64,000 nt of DNA from Octopus sinensis (taxonomy: Eukaryota): positions 89,838,001 through 89,902,000 of the forward strand of contig NC_043003.1 in the NCBI RefSeq assembly GCF_006345805.1, given 5' to 3'. The notes beneath the pieces were generated by a model, which saw nothing but the letters and a program-made list of their open reading frames with translations, was not told the origin of the DNA and did not search any database. Both the position numbers and the translations under genes were made by a program. This document shows, in pieces, positions 1-12,244 of this stretch (position 1 is the stretch's first letter; each line of letters starts with the position of its first letter).

Positions 1-460
1 GTCACTCGCTAGCCTTCGCCCTCGCCCACCTATACACACACACGCACACACTCACACACACACCCTTGTCTTCTCGCACACCGTTGCTACTGCTGTTGCC
101 CCAGCTTTCGCCCAACATATACACACATACACACACGCACACACTCACACACACACCCTTGTCATCTCGCACACTGTTTGTTTACCTTCCTTCTTTTCTG
201 CTCTCTTGTCTTTGAAAACCCGCACTCTCTTGTTTACTACTTCCGCCTTTCCAGTATGTTGACCTCGTGAAGACCACTTGCATTTTTTTTCCCTCTGTCC
301 TCCCACCTCGGGATCTTTCTTTCCCCTATGTTTCCGACGAAGAGCTCCGCTCGAAACGTCATACCCTCCTTCTTCCCTTTTTTCCTGAGCGCCTAATAAT
401 ACTTTAATTGTTCCACCTCCTCGCATTGTTGTCTTTTTTGTTTTCTTGTTTGGATTAACT
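1..460 (+). mobile_element. Penelope-like element 3' UTR / pseudo-LTR remnant (runs off window start)
   Basis: Pyrimidine/CA-rich tract, hammerhead-like motif at 330-364, then TTGTTCCAC...TTTGGATTAAC ending in (TA)n; the same terminus recurs at about 25400-25455. Confidence 0.65.
330..364 (+). ncRNA. Minimal type-I hammerhead ribozyme motif, degenerate (U4C, one helix I mismatch)
   Basis: GTTT-CCGACGA-A-GAGC-TCC-GCTC-GAAAC-GTC-ATAC; helix III is only the ACGT palindrome, so it could form only in a dimer. Confidence 0.6.
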
Positions 461-1104
461 TTATATATATATACATATACATACAGCCACATGTGTACGT
501 GTGTGTGTGCATAGATAGCCAGACAGACAAACAAACAGATAAATGTATACAAACATACATACAAAGGCACACATACATATTTATATATGTATATATACAT
601 ATATATAGATACACACACATGTAGTGTATATATAAGTATGTTTGCAGTACTATGGTCTTCAATAAATATTCTCTGGTGAGCAGAGAATGGGGTGGAGGGT
701 GTCTTTGAGATTAATGCCAAGCATGTGTGCCCTTAGCGCAGTGTTTCCCAAACTTTTCACGCCAAATTGCAATATCAGCCAGAAAATTCTCCATCGCCCA
801 CCTGTGTAAATGAAAAATCCCTGACACAACCACCCCCGACACAAAATCTTGTATCATTTGACACACACATTATATTGTAGACTCGTTGCCCTGTTAGTGC
901 CGTTTGTAATAAATATGCAGTTGTTTACAAATCCCTTATTGTGGGTTTAGTTTTGCCATTAGTGTGAATAAAATTCTAACGTTAACTCTGTATTATGCAG
1001 ATAGATTAACTTCTGGAAACTTGTGCTTTCATTTTCCCCAAATGAACCATTGATCAGAACTACGGATGCAAACATAATTAATGATTGTATTATAAAGGAA
1101 AAGA

Positions 1105-3137
1105 ATACAACTTTTTAATGAGAACCACATGTCTGGTGCAATTGCAGCTAGTGCAGATAGATTCGGTTTCAAACTTGTCAACTGCAGCCGCAAGTCTCCT
1201 CATTGTGTCACATCCAGTTCAATTCTTTTTTGGGAAAGTAAAGTTCCAACATGGTTAAAACCAGATTCAACCAGGGATGAGGTAGGGAGGGCAAGCAAAA
1301 GTAATTTCAGATGTTTCCACAGACTGGGATAGAAATTCAGTATTCTCTGATGATACTACAAACCTTCTTTGCCATTATGACGATATCACAGTGTGGCGTC
1401 ATTGTCATTTTGTAATTCTTTCAATTCCTACTGAACGTCATTCTCACAATCGACTGTATCGACCTCAAATGGATTGCTATACCAGTTTGGAATATTCAGC
1501 ACAATAACATCTTGAAATTGCTCCACCAAGTTATCGTGCAGTGATTGTAAATAGTTGCATATATAGTTAAATCCATATCAACCAATTCATCTTTCAAAGA
1601 AAAGTTGTGGAAATTGATGGAATTGACATTTTGAAATGTTAGTCTTATACAACATAAATTTCGAAATGAAGGTGATGATAAATGATTTACAATCAACGAG
1701 TATTTTTCTGTTTCCTTGCAATAACTTATTCAAATCTTGTGTTTATATCACAACGAAAAAAGACATAGCACCTTGCAGCCATCAATGAAGTGGATAGTGG
1801 AGTATATTCAAAGAAAGATTTGATTATATGAAATGGTTCAACAAACCATAAAACACAGTTTACTTTTGACAGCCACCACACTTTGGCATGGTATAAAAGT
1901 TTAGTATAGTCCTCATAATTTCTCAGACAGAGTTGACAGAAAAGTTGATCAGACAAGGGACTGGACTTCAATTTGTTCACAGTCTTGATAACTAAATGTA
2001 GCACATCATTCAATCTACTGTACATATTTTTTGCCACTAAATACTGCTGGTGTGCCAAGCAATGAACAGTTAGTATCTGGTGGGAAATTTCACGCTTTAG
2101 GAGAGATGAAAAACCTCTCTATCTTCCTATCATTGAAGGGGCTCCATCAGACACACAGGCAAGAATATTACTGAGTGGGATATTATGTTCAAAGGGGAAA
2201 GACTTGAGAGTGAGAAAAATAGTTGCACTTCTTGAATCAAGTGGCAATTTCTCTGTGAACAGCATTTCCTAACAAGGTTGCAGGTCTTTGCTGAAATACC
2301 GAAAATATACTAACATCAAACATTGATTGTCCACAACAGTTGACTCATCCACTTGTATAGAAAACTCAGAATGCTAGAGAATATTAACGAGCTGATTTTA
2401 GACATCATTGGCCATTTCATTGATCCTTCGAGAAATTGTGTTCTTACTAAGTGGGATCTTCTTCATAATTTTATCGAGTTTTCCGTGCATAATGGACGAC
2501 GAAACCTCTTCGATAACTGGGCAGAGTAATGTTTCTCCAAATGTATGAAACTTCCTAGACTTAGCAACAAGCAATGCAATGTTGTACGATGCAATCAACC
2601 CGTCATTCTCCTGTTTACATTTAACATGCTACTCCAGGGAACTAGTTAACAGGAGAATGACGGGTTGATTGCATCGTACAACATTGCATTGCTTGTTGCT
2701 AAGTCTGGGAAGTTTCATACATTTGGAGAAACATTACTCTGCCCAGTTATTGAAGAATTTTTTTCAATCATTATGCATGAAAAACCCGATAACATTTACT
2801 TTTTGAAAGAGGATCTCAGCTGCAAAAAGTATGATAATGGCTTGTCTTTCTTGTCAGAATGCTTTGCATCAAAGTGATACATCAAGCATGAAGGTTTCAT
2901 TGCTTCGTTGGTCAATGTCTGATGGCATTGGTAACTGACAGTTCTGAGTATAGGAAGAAATCCAAGCGATAAATAATTACTGCTGTACTGTCGACAATTT
3001 TCTTGACTGGAGGCATCAGTACAGAGAAAATGTGAAAACAAATTTCTACAGATGGTGTCAGAAAGGCAATAGAGCAGAGTCAGATGACACGTTTTTACTA
3101 GAGAAAATACGGATTTAGTTCGTTTGGTTGCCAGCAT
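1105..3137 (-). pseudogene. Buster/ZBED5-like transposase pseudogene
   Basis: ORF pieces CRQYSSNYLSLGF...NEAMKPSCLMYHFDAKH (BED region), ASYNIALLVAKS..HTFGETLL...IPLSKNTISRRINEMANDV and LLYHAKVWWLSK; many stops and frameshifts. Confidence 0.85.
2471..2792. repeat. 145-bp inverted duplication inside the transposase, 32-bp spacer
   Basis: Arm 2471-2615 is the reverse complement of 2648-2792; explains the twin ORFs MIASYNIALLVAKS on both strands. Confidence 0.95.
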
Positions 3138-4650
3138 TTCAAAAATTAAAGTTTATTGAAAATTTTAAAATTCAGCACATTAATGTACTTTTCCAAGCTA
3201 AATTGCTGGAGTTATTCAACTTTTTCCAGAAAAATGGTTTTTAAAAAGTTATAGAGGTTTAAAGTTTGATAATTTTCACCCAGTCAAGAAACACGATTTC
3301 AAAGTTGTTATTTTGTGCGTGACTACACATTTTGTCAACATCCTAATAATAGCACTTGTGTTTTGATATGAAGCCAACATATAACCTCTTATAACTTTTC
3401 TATTTTTCTGAGTTTTCGAGAAATTTTTGCGAATTTGAAATCTACAGATGGGACTTCATATGATTATGCCAAAACCAAAAGAAAAAATTGTGGTTGAGTG
3501 TGATCTGGCTGCTATTCTTAGCACACATGACAACTATCTCAATGGCTGTGACAAAAATATTCGATTGATAAACAAGTTCGTGTTTTTAATACAAAGGAAC
3601 ATCTCATGCGAGTGCATCCTTATTCTAGACATGCCTAGATATCAGTAAATCTAAAATTCATTGTCACCCACAAAATGTTCAGTGTCCGCCAAAATTTCAA
3701 ATCACCCACCTTTTTCTAGAAATTCACCCATCGCCCACTGGTGGATGATATTGCCCACTTTGGGAAGCTATGTCTTAGCCATTTGCTGTTGCCAGTCAAT
3801 GTGTCTGGCGCACTTTTGAAAGAACTGTATGTATTTGCCCATATACATACATACATATACATACTGTGATTACTTTGAGTACCACTGACCTGTTCTTTGA
3901 TACTTAAGCCAAGAATGTGTGTGCATATGTATTTTGTTGCTGCTGTTGTTGACGTTACTTTTTCTCAGTATTATTTCCTTCATCTTTCTAGGGAATTCCC
4001 AAAGGAATTTTATGACCAACTTCATAGATATATGTTCTGCATTTTTTAATGTTATTTTTTCTTTATTCTTGTTTCGAAAAGTAAAGTAGTAAATAAATTA
4101 GTAAAGACAGGATTTCTAGCAACATATTTCAGGGTTTTTTTCAAGCAAGTTTCTTAGTCTCAGTGCACCATTGTACAGGGTCCACATTGAAAACTACTGG
4201 TCTAAAACACAATTTTCCAAAGCCCCTGAAAAACTGTGTACCCCCAATTTACTGCATTACATCTGTGGACCACCAGAAATTTTGTATGGACCCCAGTTGA
4301 GAACCCCTGATCTAAAGTATATTGACCAATTTTTACTCCTAAGTACGTGTACTGAGCAAATTTTACTCCCAATGATGATGCAATAGTACAAAATGAGAGA
4401 AAATAACAAGAAATCGGAAATTAAGTTACTAATTTTGCCCCACTTCTATATAGTAATTCCAAGTATTTGACAAAATGATGAAAAATGATGAAAAAGAGGT
4501 TCTATTTAATGAAACATTTGAAAATATATGCAATAATTCTAAAGCTGAAAAAGAATGCTTTTAGCTGTTGAGAGATGTAATTCTATAATTAAAACTAAAT
4601 TCAAAAGTTTTTTTTATTATCTTGCTTAGAAGCAAGAAGGTTAGAAGTAG

Positions 4651-4684
<34 letters not shown>

Positions 4685-5028
4685 CTTTAACTGCTATTGG
4701 TCAAACCATTGTCAAGCTCAGTCATGCGTTGAAAGAAGGAATTTGGCCTAGAGACTTTCCAAAAGCAGCTACAATTCCCTTGGGAATTGTAAGTGCTTTG
4801 CTTTTTGAATTATTTTGTGTGGTAAAATCTATTTTTATTTATCATAAAAAGAGGATCTGGATCTGTTCCATCTCATGCACAGATTTTTGGAACAGATCCC
4901 AGGATCCATTACATCTTTGAAGAAATCAAGATACCTTTATATATTGAAAGAGAGCCTCTTGTGCTTGATTGCTGGGAAGTGGGAGGGCCTGTATTGAGTG
5001 CTACATACTCTTCTTAGCAGGGGCACAC

Positions 5029-5379
5029 AGTACCTTTTGGTTATTTCACCCCATTAAAAATTTGGGTTATCTTCCCCCACTGTTTTATGGAAAATGTTGG
5101 TACTTTTGTTATCTCCCCCAACTAAAAAAATTGTTTACTCCTCAATAAAACAAAAACAAAGAAAAAATGAAAAAATTAATAAACAAGAAAACTGAAACGA
5201 TTAAATGTTTTATTTATTCTAATAACATTTTATAACAAATCCTACCATTCCTATTGAGGAGTCCAAAAGTCAATAATGTGTTGAAGTATTGAATCAAAAG
5301 GATCTAAGTCTTTTAATCCAATCTCTTGTCGCCACATAAATTCAATTTTTTAATGGGGGTGAGATAACCAAAAAGTACC
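5029..5379. mobile_element. MITE with about 35-bp TIRs and 8-bp TSD (Merlin-like)
   Basis: AGTACCTTTTGGTTATTTCACCCCATTAAAAA ... TTTTTTAATGGGGGTGAGATAACCAAAAAGTACC; flanks GGGCACAC / GGGCCCAC. Confidence 0.75.
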
Positions 5380-6149
5380 GGGCCCACAATATCTAGATGT
5401 ATGTGGCAATAAATCCGATCCTGTTTTCTATCCATTAACATTTAAAAAAATTTCATTTGTATTATGATCCCCACTCCTCACTCCTCTCATATATCTCTCT
5501 CCCTATGTGTGCAAATACAAATTTCTCAACATCTTAACTCATTTCCTTACACACACACACACACATGCTCTCTCCCCCCCCCCCTCTCTCTCCCCTGTGA
5601 CATTACAATGAGCAATAAGTCTTCTGTGAATGTATATACAATTTCTTTTATGTCATTTTAAAATGTCAGAAACCAAAATATTCTCCTGTCCACCACCAGC
5701 TCATTATGATGGATGTGTGTGTGTGTGAATAATGGAATATCCCATAATTTACAAAAAAAAAAAAAATCAAAACAGAAAGATAATGCATCCAATTCGTTTG
5801 TGCTTGTGTGGGTGTGCAAAAAGATATGTCTTTTTAAGTGATCTTGAAAGGTTTTCCACCGAACCAAGTCTTTTTTAAAGCGTTGCAAACGTGACCATTT
5901 TGTCTTTCATTTTTTTTTAAGCCAAAATATTCCTCATGTTACATAACTGCTTTTGAAGGACACATTGGTATCCGGGATACACTATGTCCGAAAAATGAAA
6001 AATGGATTGGGTGAAATGCCTTTGATTATTAGTCCACTGGCTCAGAGCTGATCTGGGGCTAAACAACAATAGCGACTGGGGTTTAACTTTTGTGTGTGTA
6101 ATGCTAGAAATACCAATTACATTCCTTGTTGAAATCAATAAAAATATTC

Positions 6150-6340
6150 TTTCGAATTTTGGCACAAGGCCAGCAATTTCAAGGGAGAGGGCTAAGTCTA
6201 TTACATTGACTTCAATGCTCAATAAGTACTTATTTTATCGACCCCAAAAGAATGAAAGGCAAAGTCAACCTTGATGGAATTTGAACTCAACTTAAAGAAT
6301 GAAAAAGATGTTGCTAATGATTCTGATAGTTCATCATCCT
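6150..6340 (-). mobile_element. SINE, family B (central TTTGCCTTTCATCC...GATAAAATAAGTAC domain)
   Basis: Reverse complement matches copies at 62035-62480 and 63840-64000, including a B-box-like GAGTTCAAATTCC. Confidence 0.75.
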
Positions 6341-7625
6341 AAATAATGAGAATAATTTCTAATTTTGACACAAGAGCAGCAATTTTGAGGGGAGGATCTT
6401 TTTAAATAAGGCCAGAAAAAAGTAAAAAGATTGTAATGGTCATGGGTAAAACTTTTTGATCATAGGTCAGCTGGAGCAGAGCTGACCTGGGGCTAAACAG
6501 TAATAGCAACTAATAAAACTGTTCCTTGCCAAAAAAAAAAATCTTCTATGCAGTCATTCAGTCTACTAAAAATAACAGCCAAAATGATTATTGAACTGCC
6601 TGGGATCATAGATGTCTGCTGAATCCAGGCTGACCACAGGTGAAACACACAACTACTGCAGATTACTGTTCTGTCCAAGTGGAAATTTATGTCTAGAGTG
6701 AGTGATCATATAGAAGGATTTCTCATTAGATGAGTTTGCTATTAATTATTATTGTTGTTTAGCACCAAGTTAGCTCTGATCCAGCAGACATAAAGTCAAA
6801 CACAATCCACTCATGGCCATCCCACTAAATTTTTCATTCAACTGTACTATGTTGAAATGTGTCTGTTACATCTTAATCAAAATAATGTTTGATTTTCAAA
6901 ATTTTTATGAATTAATTTAGCAACAAACTACGTGTATGATGGGGGAATTTAATTATTTCCAACTGTATACACACATATGCACACATATACATGAGTCTGT
7001 TACTAATTGTTATTGTTGATTAACCCCTGTTCAGCTGTAATCCAGCAGATCTGTGCTGAAAGATATGCTCTTCCCATGACCATCTCCAAGCTACATCTAC
7101 CAATGTGCTATTTTTCAAAAACAAAAAGTGTATGGTGTGACACTAGAAAGATTTTGGTTTAAAAAATTTGATATGGTCATGACTGGGAAGCTCTTAAAGA
7201 TTGGCATTTAAAAAACACGTGTTTTTGTGCATTCATGCACCCACAGATGAATTGGATATGTTGCATTCCATTTTGAAAATATTTTAGTTATTAAACTATG
7301 AGATATCTAAATTACATGATGAATAAGTTGCAAATTTGTGTTTTTGGCAACAAGTTTTCTTTTGACACATTTAATTATGTATCTCGCTATGGTTGAATCT
7401 TCAAGCTTGTTGTGTCACATTATGTGTTCTAACCATTTATTCATTGTCTTAAGGCTTCATTTAAAATATGTTTGGTCAGGATGAATCTTTTCTCCTGGAA
7501 TTTGAAGAAAACATTGAAGTCAACTTATACGAACAGAAATTGGCTTTGAAAATGAACACTTCAAAATTATGTTAAATTTTAAAAGTGTTTCCTTCTTTAC
7601 AGGCAAAGACTTTTCCATGAAGGTG

Positions 7626-7853
7626 TTAATCCTTTCATTATCATATTTCTGATGAAAAATGGTAATGAAAGTCTTTGTTTCAATTAATTTTGAAAATATT
7701 GAAGAATTTTGTAAAATAATTTTGTCATTATTAAGCTGTTGTATAGCACATGAAATTTTGGTGGAAAGTTTTAATTAAATCACTTTAAACCAGGAAGCTT
7801 GTGTTACAGAACTGAAGATTGGTTTTAATGCAGGTCAGTACCAAAAGGGGCTA
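7626..7853 (+). mobile_element. TTAA-flanked piggyBac-like MITE, family 1
   Basis: Homologous to 9580-9810, 42157-42364 and 58514-58748; decayed TTAACCCTTT...AAAGGGTTAA ends. Confidence 0.65.
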
Positions 7854-8139
7854 TAAGTCTGAAGCTCCTTCTTATCACCATGATTCTATATGCCAACAAA
7901 CAAAAGTCTGTGCTGAAGCTAGTTTTAGTCTCACTGCTTTAGATACAAAATCTGTAGAGTGCTGGACAAACTGTTTTATAGTAGTTAATGATATTTCTTT
8001 ACTTTTTTTTTAGTTAAAAATTCTGTCTTGGTTGACTTTACTCTTTGTCCTTCTGGGGTCAATGAAATAAGTATCAGTCAGGTACTGTGTTGATAAAATT
8101 GATATTGCTTCCCTCCATGTGTGTCCTTGTGTCCCTATC

Positions 8140-8795
8140 ATTGCACTGAGCTAGTGGTTGCTGCCTAGTTACTTAAAAGTTATGCATCTTTCATCATCTA
8201 CATTACCAAACTGACCTCTAACTGCAAACTCTATGGAAAATCTTAGTTCTGAGCAGATTAGATTACTTTGGTTTCCCAACTCATTCAGTCTCATACAGGA
8301 ATTTGAAGGGTTACAAAGAATGTTCACTAGTAAAATTTGGTTGAAAGCCTTAATTATTGTGAATGTCTGAAAGTTCTGCAACTCTACTCTCTTGAACACT
8401 GAAGAAAGAGATGTACTATCATACATGTATAGAAAATCCTATTGGGGCATGTTCTAAACTTTGGCATTACAAAGAATTTTAATGCATGAACTGCTAGATA
8501 CTGTCATCTTCCAAATATACCACCTTCAAAATCACAAGCATGTCCTCAACTGTTCAACTACCTACCTAAAGAATTCAGAAATACAACAGGAACCTCTATT
8601 GAAACATTCAGAAATACATTGAATAAAGTTCTAATGATGGCACTGAACCAGCAATTTAAGGACATGCTCAGGGAAGATCAGCAGCTACAAACTCATCTTT
8701 CAGCCATAAAACAACAAAACTGATAGAAAATAAATCAAAACAGTGCTCTAGCATGGTCACAATCCTACCACTTGAACTGTTAAAAGAATAAGAAT
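8140..8795 (+). mobile_element. Old CR1-like LINE 3' fragment
   Basis: AAACTTTGGCATT and CACCTTCAAA blocks align with the younger copy at 31330-31430; ends GTGCTCTAGCATGGTCAC...AAGAATAAGAAT; boundaries approximate. Confidence 0.55.
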
Positions 8796-9413
8796 CTAAG
8801 TGTGGTATCTTCACATTTCCTATTTAAATTCAGCTCAAGTTGAAAATCAATAAGTAGATAGAGCATTGGCTCTTTGAAAATCTTCAAAATGCCAGAATTT
8901 GCAAGAACAACACAATTAAGTACATGCCATATGATAAAAGGATCTACTACAGCAGGCATTATGTTATGCCTCCTGGTCTTTTGCCATTAGTATGAGACAA
9001 ACTGACTAGTTCCAGAACTGTTGAAACGTTAAGAATACTGCTTCCTTTATTATTCTATTGACCTTGGTGTGTTGCAGAAACTTGCTGTTGATAAGCAGCA
9101 GGAAAGTCTAATTTAATCTCAAGAAGTCTGTGGACTTCCTCAATGACATTTGCACAGAGTACAAATATTGGTACCTACTCTCAACACTACTGCTATTTGT
9201 AATTCATAGCTGCTTAATAAGTTGCCAACAATTGCAATTGGCAGGGTGTTGATCCATACAGTCAAATGTTTGCCCTGTGCAGCTACTATACAAGCTTGTG
9301 TCTATTGATTACAGTATGTTAACAAACCATCAAATTTAGCTCTTAATGAATCAGCTTCTCACTCCTGTTGTCAAGTCTTATTTGAAGGCACCTCTTTGTT
9401 TATATTTGCTCAG

Positions 9414-9509
9414 TCTGTTAAAACCACCAGCATCTCCCTGAAAGAACTAGAAAGGGGAGGATGTTATTTACTTGAGACGAAGATGGTTGGGAGGATGTCA
9501 CGAAACAAG
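9414..9509 (+). other. Candidate 96-nt exon of an unidentified host gene
   Basis: Pyrimidine-rich acceptor TTTATATTTGCTCAG, donor AAG/GTAATG, open frame SVKTTSISLKELERGGCYLLETKMVGRMSRNK; no homology recognised. Confidence 0.25.
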
Positions 9510-9579
9510 GTAATGGAGTTTTTTAACAGCTGTTAAATCAGTTTAACACAGTTGTAAAGAGCATTGTGTCCTAATGAGT

Positions 9580-9810
9580 TTAATCTTTTTATTTACCATG
9601 TTTGTGTTGAATTGCATTACCTTAATTTCAATTAATTTTAAAGATAATGAAGAATTTATTGGATGAACTTCGTCATTATTAAAGCCAATCTTTGGAACAT
9701 TTAACATGGAATTTTGATGGTAGATTTATTTAATTAGATCACTTGAAAACAGGAAGTTTGTATTATAAACCCAGGGGCAGTCTTGGGTGGGTTCGTATCA
9801 GAAATGTTAA
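9580..9810 (+). mobile_element. TTAA-flanked piggyBac-like MITE, family 1
   Basis: TTAA at both ends; body matches the other family-1 copies (AGATCACTT..AAACAGGAAGTTTG). Confidence 0.7.
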
Positions 9811-9890
9811 AACAAAGTGGAAATATCACAAGCCATTTATATTACATGCCTTTTGGTCTGACTATAATATCTCAGCAGTTTACTTTCTGT

Positions 9891-10106
9891 TTAACCATTT
9901 AGCATTTAAATTATTCTGTCAAATGCAATGCTTATTTATTCACATTGTTTTGAATTAATCATACACTGTCTTGTTGCTTCAAAATTAATATAATGTGATT
10001 GTTTATTTTTAGATTGACATTGTAGGATAGTTGTGAGTGGCCTGATCTAGCTGCTTTGAACATAAAACAGAGACTGTTTTGGCTGGTTTAAATGCTAAAG
10101 GGTTAA
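9891..10106 (+). mobile_element. TTAA-flanked piggyBac-like MITE, family 2
   Basis: TTAACCATTTAGCATTTAAA ... TTTAAATGCTAAAGGGTTAA terminal inverted repeats; related copies at about 12164-12260 and 22192-22408. Confidence 0.8.
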
Positions 10107-11949
10107 TTTCCAGTTGTAACTACTTTGTTGCATATCTTCTGCTTTCTAAATGAAAAGGCATGGGTATCACAACTTCCTTCTAATATTTTTCTACAGATAA
10201 GGAGCTGCTATGATTATTGAGATAATTTTTGCAAATTAGTAGTTTTACTTCTCTAGGGGATGTTTTCTCTTTATCTAATTATACATTTATTTGGGAAACC
10301 ATTCTGATATAACCTTGTTTAACTGCAGTAATAAAACTGTCTGGTGGCACAAAGAGGTGCAGTTTGTGTGTCACAGGGAGAGTGGTGGAGGGGTTCTGCT
10401 AGATTTATAACAGCTTTTTTAGACAAGAGTCATGAATTTTAAACTATGACTTGTAAGTTGGTTAACTTTTTTGATACAAGTCAGCTTAGCTATTAAGTGT
10501 CTGCTAGTAAAACTGTCATTCGCTATATACACACCCAGTTTTTGTTTTGTTTTCTGCACTGACATAGATTAGATTTGTTTTTTAGTCTTATGTTGCACCC
10601 ACTACCAACAACATTTATACAAAACTATTTATGACTATTGCTTCCTAAGACACAATGCCACTTTTGTAAGGTGGGTGGGTATTGTATAGTCTGAAGTAAG
10701 ACCTGATTGAGCAGACCTATGACCACAGTCATAATTATTGTCTTGTCTTTTTATGTGCAGCTGCCTTGTCCAATATATATATATATCATCTCTTTTTTTA
10801 GACACATGATTTACAGGAGATTTAGCTGTTTATTGTAACGGCTTGAACAACCACATAGAGAATCCCTATTGGTTTCTAATAGAAGGAAATATTTGGAGGA
10901 TGTATAAAGTTGATTAAATCATCATCACTATTGTGGTAGTGAAAGATAGATAGATACTAGTGTCATTATCTGAATCCAGAAAAAATGAGATACAAGACCT
11001 ACTAAAAAAAGTGTCTATTCGATTTGAATTATCTGTGTGCCTATACAGAAATATCTTCAGATTTGCTTGGAGGGAAAATACAATCATGTAAAAGTCATGT
11101 CTTTCTTAACTCATTTGATACTAACCCACCTCAGACTACCACTGGTTCTAGGTACAAACTGTCTGTTTTAATGTGATCTAAAGTAAAATACATTCTTCTG
11201 TGTTGTTTTCCTGTGAAGAGTGTTCTCCTCTACACTGACTGGCTAGACTTATTGTAAATGAAATATGAGATCATCTGGGAATTAACCTGCAAGTTTTCAG
11301 TAATCTTATTCAAGATAGAAATTTATCTTTCATCTGCTTCATGCCATGAAAATGAAGCTAAAGTACCTGTTGTCAGAGAGGTTGAGTTTTAAAAGAATTT
11401 ATTTTATTTATGACCATGAAATTGTTCCATCTGTATTAATTTATAAAATTACACTAATTATACAAGGAATATAACATAATGTAAGCTCATTAACTTGAAG
11501 AATCCATCAATTTCTGAGAAAAAAGTATCAAAATCTCTTGACATTAAAAATCTGAAATGGATTTTTTTAGAACTATATTTGCAGTTATTGAAACAAACAG
11601 ATCCCTGCTTCTGATACAATCACAATCACCAACACTACTACACATTTCCCCTTCATTTTCTAACTATTGATTTCTTTCCTTCTTTGTTAAGTTGCATGAT
11701 GTAGTTTCATTCACACCCAATTACTCAACACATATTGTTAATTTTGTTAAATATAGATCTTTTGGAAGAGATGGACGTCAGTTGATTGAAGTGTGTGCTT
11801 GATTTTGTGTGTGTGTGTATGCATACTCACCAGCATAGAATAGAATGAGCTCAATCAATGCTGATGATAATAATAGTAATTAATAATTATATATATATAT
11901 AACTACAAATTTACATAGATCTATCTACACAAAGAAATTATCTATATAC

Positions 11950-12105
11950 AGGCATAGCTGTATGGTTAAGAAGCTTACTTCCCAACCATGTAGTCTTAGG
12001 TTCAGTCCCACTGCATAATACTTTTGGGCAAGTGCCTTCTACTGTTGTCTCAGACTGACCAAAGCCTTGTGAGTGTATTTTGTCAACAGAAACTGAAAGA
12101 AGCTT
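11950..12105 (+). mobile_element. tRNA-derived SINE, family A, 5' part
   Basis: A-box-like TAGCTGTATGG, B-box-like GGTTCAGTCCC, then GGGCAAGTG...GACCAAAGCCTTGTGAGTG...GAAACTGAAAGAAGC. Confidence 0.75.
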
Positions 12106-12244
12106 TTTCATCTTTAACTCCTTCTGGATTGGAAATTTATCCTGAGATAGACTATTTTATTACTTAACCCATTAGCATTCAATTTTCTCTGTCAAATGTA
12201 ATGCTTATTTATTCACATTGATTTGAATTAGTCTGGCATCACCT

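Larger units (their letters stand above)
739..3772 (-). mobile_element. hAT DNA transposon, Buster/Charlie type, decayed
   Basis: Imperfect TIRs CAGTGTTTCCCAAA / TTTGGGAAGCTATG; 8-bp TSD CCTTAGCG (731-738) vs TCTTAGCC (3773-3780) with central TA; transposase fragments inside. Confidence 0.85.

Noticed and set aside
145-720. 191-aa ORF and similar YIYI/CVCV/HTHT ORFs across the window
   Set aside because: Dinucleotide repeats lack stop codons; no coding signal
4130-4309. Possible hAT MITE ends (GTTGAGAACCCCTG)
   Set aside because: Could not pair the termini with a convincing TSD
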